NCBI GenBank assembly: GCA_051942245.1
Contig: JAVECL010000160.1
Location: forward strand, 1-41,438
From: Trypethelium eluteriae
Taxonomy: Eukaryota
Direction: 5' to 3'
Length of the DNA: 41,438 bases
Every line of letters begins with the position of its first letter. The first letter of the stretch is position 1. This document shows positions 35,619 through 41,438 of this stretch, in pieces. Made by a program: the position numbers and the translations under genes. The notes under the pieces are model-generated. The model was given only the letters and a program-made list of their open reading frames with translations. It made no database searches and had not been told where the DNA came from.

Positions 35619-36901
35619 ATGGCTTCTCCCCGTATGTCTCTCCAGGACAGCTTTCACATGTTTTCGCAGGAATATCAGTTCTAATCTGTTATTCAGAGAA
35701 GATTCGTACAACCACGACCGATCTCTTGAAGATCAAGCATCCAGTCCTCCTCGCGGGTATGAACGTGGCCGCCGGCCCGAAGCTCGCAGCTGCAGTGACA
35801 AACGCAGGAGGTCTGGGTGTCATTGGAGGTGTTGGATACACGCCTGACATGCTTCGGGAGCAGATTGCAGAGCTCAAGGGCTTCCTGCAGGACAAGAATG
35901 CGCCATTTGGCGTTGATTTACTTATCCCACAAGTTGGAGGTAACGCCAGAAAGACAAAGTAAGTCCCTTCGGGCATCCGGTTCAGTAGTAAAACTGATTA
36001 CTATACAAACACAGAGCTGACATGTGACACCATTCTGCAGTTATGACTACACCAAGGGCAAACTCGACGAACTTGTTAGCATAATCATCGACTCGGGTGC
36101 GAAGCTATTCGTGTCCGCCGTTGGCGTACCACCTCAACATGTTGTCGATCGTCTCCACAAAGCCGGTATCCTTTATATGAATATGATTGGACACCCCAAA
36201 CACGTTTCCAAGTGTCTCGAGCGTGGTGTCGACATCATCTGCGCACAGGGAGGTGAAGGCGGCGGCCATACCGGTGATGTTCCAACAACGGTATTGATCC
36301 CGACGGTAGCGCAATTGGTGAAGGGCAAGAAGAGCCCGATGTCAGGTCAACCAGTACAGGTCGTCGCGGCAGGAGGTCTCTTCAATGGTCAAAGTCTGGC
36401 GGCAGCACTTATGCTGGGAGCCACGGCTGTATGGATAGGGACGAGGTTTGTATTGAGTGAGGAGGCAGGTGCGCCAAAGGCACATCAGGAGGCTGTGCGG
36501 ACCGCTGGCTTCGACGATAATGTCCGGACGATTATCTTCACAGTGAGTTCGAATACTGACACATGCGAATGAGATGATCTGACTCACCTTTACCGTAGGG
36601 CCGCCCCCTCCGTGTTCGTATGAACGACTACATACGCAATTGGGAGGAGAACCGCCAAGCTGAGATTAAGGACCTAACCGACAAAGGCACGATCCCAGTC
36701 GAGCATGATATGGAGCACATCCCGGAGGATCTTTCCGATGACGATGCGGACAAGATGATGGAGGAGGCTAGGCCATTCTTGATGGGCAAGGCTTCAGCTG
36801 TAGTGAACGAGCGAAAGAGCGCAAAGGCCATTATTGATGAGATGGTTGATAGTGCATGCGACGAGATGAAGAGGGGGTCGGGATATATGGCGAAACTGTA
36901 A
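35619..36901 (+). CDS. Nitronate monooxygenase (2-nitropropane dioxygenase) family, ~359 aa; exons 35619-35631, 35697-35958, 36041-36542, 36599-36901
   Basis: HPVLLAGMNVAAGPKLAAAVTNAGGLGVIGG, AQGGEGGGHTG, VVAAGG..ALMLGA.AVWIGTRF, IFT|GRPLR. Confidence 0.95.
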
Positions 36902-37396
36902 ACGAATTCCCAATGTAATTGCATAACACACGGTAGGATCCAAAATGTAGGGTGTAAATCAAGTCCTGTTCTTACCCGACTTAAGTCTCCATCTTCCTCC
37001 TCCCTCCTTCATTTCCATTTGCCAGATTTAAGTTTCAAGCCGGGGTACCTGTACGAGCACGGATTTTCGTATCTGATGATAGGTCTCTTATTGCAGGCTC
37101 TAGGGAAAGCTGCTCCAGTGTTTGTTGTCCCTGGATCATTGCGTCACGCGTCATTTTCCTGTCATTGCGAGAGCACGACGCTTCATTTCCTCTGACCCCA
37201 CTACCACTTTCTTTCTCACTTCTACTTCCTCACTTTGAAGTCGCTGTGCAAGAGCTGCCACGAACTTGTCGAGCCTGTAAGTCCGTGAAAGCCTACTCAA
37301 ATCCGGAGCAAATAGTGGTTTATCGAATTCTTAAGCTGATCTTGCCCACAAGTTCATTTGTCAATCCTCTAGCGTTCCAGATCCGACTGTCTCACC

Positions 37397-38700
37397 ATGT
37401 CCGACGAAGCTGTGGCCGCCGAGGCCAATTCGAAGGCCATCATGGAACGTGAGGAGCGCATGAAAAATGACTTCCTCGCCGCTATGGATGCTCTGTACCC
37501 GCCAAAAACCTCGACCTTGTCCCTGCCGACATCACCTGGACCGGAGAATCCGGATTCCTCGCGTCAATCTTTTAGCCCAGAACCTAGCGGCGATGCGGGT
37601 CCGTTGGCTGTGGGCAACGGTGATGAAGAAAGGCAGATCATCCCGATGCATCCCACTTCGAGTACCGCCTCTGGCGAAATGTTGGTTACTGGGCCTCGCT
37701 CCCCTAAAAATGCGCGGTCTGACCCACTTGCTCTTAGGCAAATCATAGCCAACCAGCTCGCCCAGGAGCGCACTAAGCAGCAAAAGCAGAGTCTCGTTGA
37801 ATCCGCTGCCTCTGATGCGAAGGGCTACCGTCAGGCTCAGCAGTCCTTGCTTGACGCCGTCAATGATCGCAGCAGGTGCATTCCAGTTGGCCTACGGTTT
37901 CTAGTGCAAGCTACTGACCCCGGCAAGAATCCGATAGACCTTGGCCTTCCGCTGCCCGAAAACATGGTCCATTTTGAGTTGAAGTTCATGCGAGCTAATT
38001 GGAATCTGGATGCTGCATTGCCAATGATCGCTCGCTCCAACGACAATGTTCTTCCCGAAATCGTGATCATGGCATCGGCCTCAGAGACTGAGCTCTGGGC
38101 TCCTCCCTTTCCACAGGTACATGGTGCTTTGCTTCACGTCTGCCCTCGAACTGTTACCTGGCAAGTCATGGACAATATGCACGTTTTCATCCGCAATCTG
38201 GGGTTGTCTGAGTTCACTTACGCTGGAAAATACGGTACCCCACGCGACAAGGGTTGGGACAACAAACCGTTCTTGCCAGACACCCTAGGTAGAGAGGACA
38301 TTGCGAAATTGCCAAAATCTGTCATAAACTCGATCATTTCTGGTATCTGGACAAAGTGCGCTGGACACGTTCTCGCTTCTGCTGAAGAAACCAAGACCAC
38401 GGCCGCCCATTTCTTCCCGGACATCTACTGGCATCATGGGCAAGAGTCGGAGCTGAATCAGAAGAAGAAGAAATTGACGACGAAGCTGACGGAGCTGCGC
38501 TTTGAAGATGTTCGAGCCGCCTTTGAAGAGGTAAGTGACGGGATGCGTGTTTGATTCGCACTGATGAGAAGCTAACCTCGCAGAAGGACCATAGTGACAC
38601 GCCGCTCGGATTACGTTTCGAATGGATCAACCTGGAGGCGAAAGGCTGGGATGCGGAGTTCTACAAGAAGCTCCGTGCCATGCAAAGTGCATCATCTTGA
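37397..38700 (+). CDS. Hypothetical protein with DUF6697-like C-terminal domain; exons 37397-38530, 38584-38700
   Basis: Long ORF with PPFPQVHGAL and FTYAGKY. The spliced end GLRFEWINLEAKGWDAEFY resembles remembered DUF6697 members; the domain call is tentative. Confidence 0.75.
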
Positions 38701-39299
38701 GTCAATAATCTGGTATGAATTGATACGGACAGAGGGAAAGAGAAGAAACGATTATGAACTAAAAAGTATAAACAGCAGCAGCGGGAAGCGACCTTGGTAC
38801 GAGCTAGTGGTACTAGCATTGGAGACAATGGAATGGCATCTGAGACAGTAGAAATCTTTCGTCCATAGAAGGCATGACGACGTTATGCTACAATGGTGGT
38901 AATGACGGTGCGATATGGGCTCGGAGGCTTTCTGATCGGCTGGAGGATAGAAGTAGTCGACATTGGCCAGAACACAGTACTAATACAACTGATAACAATG
39001 AGTGATATTCTGACAAGATTTATTAACTTCTCTCCGTAACGTTCGGTCAGTTCCAAAACCTCTCCTCTTTCAAGGCTGGGAGTCCCGCAGCCATGCGAAC
39101 GTATAGCCTCAAGGGGCTGCACATCTGATTGAGGAGTATCGCATGACTGCACCGGCTGCCCCTCGGGAGCTTTTTTCCTTAGACAAAGCCTTCCCAGAGA
39201 GCCGTGAATCCCCTCGCTCCCCAATTAAGCCAAAGCATCTGTTGTTAGGTTAGAATGCGACTCCCACATGTCCTCGTCTATCCCTCTACCTTCATCCCT

Positions 39300-39512
39300 T
39301 CAACTCTTCCTCTCATTCTCCCTTTCAAGGACGCTGACTCTAGGGATCCACTCCTGCACCTCCTGCTTCTCCTTCTCGCTGGCTTTCATACCCATTGCGC
39401 TCTCAACGCCTTCGGAAAAGAAGAGACCGGCGGATCCCCATGCAAGGATTCCCAGACCAAGAAGTAGGCGAGTATTGGATGTGAGGGAAGTATATGATTT
39501 CCAGAGAGACAT
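39300..39512 (-). CDS. Small single-TM conserved fungal protein (70 aa)
   Basis: MSLWKSYTSLTSNTRLLLGLGILAWGSAGL: amphipathic start, one TM segment and a charged tail. Confidence 0.75.
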   Translation of the reverse strand: MSLWKSYTSLTSNTRLLLGLGILAWGSAGLFFSEGVESAMGMKASEKEKQEVQEWIPRVSVLERENERKS

Positions 39513-40595
39513 TTCAAAGTGAGGCTGAGCTCAATAGATCGTGGATTTTCTCGGTGAGAGGGACGAGGCGAAGAATTGCTCAATTCGCCTCGCGTTTCTG
39601 GGTCCACGCAAAAGTGCTACTGTGGCGCCCAAATCTTGCGCGAGGGTCTGGGAGAGAGTGGGAACGCGATCGCTCCGCTGATGGCCTACGCCTGTGAAGG
39701 TCTGTTGTATCTGTCGCCTGGCCCGTCCTTGTATACCTCGCTTTTCCGTTCCTCCCGGGAAGCTCCTGCTCGGGTTCTTTGTTTGTTTCTCAGCAGACGC
39801 GCTTTGATTTGGCACAAGACCAAGAGCTGAAATCACACGTTCCTCAGAGCCTTGATGTTTTTACTTTCGTCAGAGAGTATGCATACATTGCTTGTTATAT
39901 CACGCATCAAGTTCTCGGACATCTAAGAAGTTGACTTGAAAAAGCTGGATTATGTAATCAAGCGACTTTCTACGACTACAAGATTTCGAGACAACTCGAA
40001 CCCATCACCACGGAAACGGAGACTCAGGTTGTCGGACCTGATGTTGATGAGGACTACAAGTGGCTGCTGGCTGCAGTTTCTGAGCAGATATTCAGTCGCA
40101 GTACCGCATGATGGACCATATGTGGGACGATCTTTCCGCGTGACAAGCAGTGACTCGGGCACACTGCCCCGGCACTCTATTGGTTTGCACTGGTCGGCGT
40201 ACTCGTTGCAAGAGGAAGAAAGAACCAGACCGAGTAACATTGAAAGGGAATGTAGAGACTGGACTTCAGGGAAACAAAATGCCATTTGCAGCGTTCGGAC
40301 ACAACCCAGCATCGAGCAAAACTGCCAACCGAACCTCAGTCGCAGGGAGTTTTCTCAGTATCTCTCGAATTTGCGGCACTCTTGGAAGAGCAATTCAGGA
40401 AGAGCAAACGGATGGGGGCTGTCTTCGAACGCTTTCCCACTTAGGATCTTGAAAAGGCAATTCACTACCGTAACTAATTTGTCGTCAAGTTTAGACAGAG
40501 GCTGGTCAGTAAATAGACCACTGTTGACGAATTCGCAGAAGATTCAAAAGACGTCTCAATGCTCGGTAAATGGTTGTAGTCTTAGGAAGAGGGCC

Positions 40596-41438
40596 ATGAG
40601 CAGTCCAAGCTCCAATGCTGTGCGTAGTGGTCATACTGCTATCGTCGCTTTTGGCAGCAATGTGGGCGATAGAATCGACATGATTGAGCAAGCTTGCAGA
40701 AAGCTTGATGGACACCCTCAGACTCGTGTACTCAGAACAAGTTGCTTGTGGGAGACGAAGCCTATGTATTTTGAAGACCAAGATAATTTCTTGAATGGCG
40801 TCTGTGAGGTGAGCTTTTCTTGCTTTTTGCATTCCTCGAGCCATGCTGATCAGCGAAGGTCTCCACGTCCTTAGAACCCGAAAAATTGCTCGACCTACTA
40901 CAAGATATTGAGAAGGACCTAGGTCGTGTCAAGGTCATTGATAAAGGTCCTCGGACTGTTGACCTTGACATTGTATTATATGACGATATTCAGTATGCTT
41001 CTGAACGCCTTACAATTCCTCATGCGTTAATGCTCGAACGCGAATTCGTACTTCGTCCGCTTTGCGAGTGAGGATCACCCCGAACGAAGCCTTCAATGAA
41101 CTTGCTAAGTTGGTTCTCAGATTAATACCCGATGCTGCACACCCAAAGTATCCTACCATGTCTTACAGACACGTCTTAGCTCGCCTTCCTAAATCTGACC
41201 CCCCAATGTCAACAGTGACTCCTCTCGCACCCGGTCTACCCCCCATAATCGCGCTCAACCCTTCCCGTCACACCCAAATCATGGCCATCATCAACCTAAC
41301 CCCCGACTCCTTCTCAGATGGCGGCCTCCACTCCCCATCCGACACCACCTCTCTCCAAACGACCCTCCTCTCCGCCCTCAACTCTGGCGCCACCATCCTC
41401 GATCTCGGCGGCCAATCCTCTCGCCCGCACGCCGCTCC
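40596..41438 (+). CDS. FOL1: Folate synthesis protein HPPK-DHPS, truncated by the window end; exons 40596(or 40041)-40808, 40859-41067, 41121->41438
   Basis: HPPK motifs AFGSNVGDR, QDNFLNG, KGPRTVDLDIVLY, LTIPH..MLEREFVLRPL. DHPS motifs MAIINLTPDSFSDGG, ILDLGGQSSRP. Confidence 0.95.

Overview
Intron-rich genomic DNA from a filamentous ascomycete (Pezizomycotina-type GT..CTRAC..AG introns of about 50-90 nt). All exon structures were built by hand. Core genes: Pho80/Pcl-type cyclin, KRE9, Xaa-Pro aminopeptidase (pepP), RPA12, DDI1, a PAA1-like GNAT, NOG1, a PTH11-like GPCR, an enoyl-CoA hydratase, a nitronate monooxygenase and the 5' part of FOL1, plus several proteins of unknown function. The main unexplained structure is a ~7.8 kb accessory island between pepP and RPA12. 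It carries a UbiA-family prenyltransferase/terpene-cyclase gene with a premature stop, a SAM methyltransferase, an alpha/beta hydrolase and an NmrA-like pseudogene that the ORF track misses. The island lies inside a diverged tandem duplication of the pepP-end-to-RPA12-promoter interval. A second copy of the last pepP codons (GLMAEG*, synonymous differences only) and its 3' flank reappears at 15726, directly after a copy of the RPA12 upstream region. This resembles an integrated circle with att-like ends, although no integrase is present. Other points: sharp C-rich to G-rich strand-skew switches inside pepP and NOG1, a candidate poison 3' splice site in the GNAT gene, and a DDI1 start codon split by an intron. 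Family assignments rest on remembered motifs, not on database searches.
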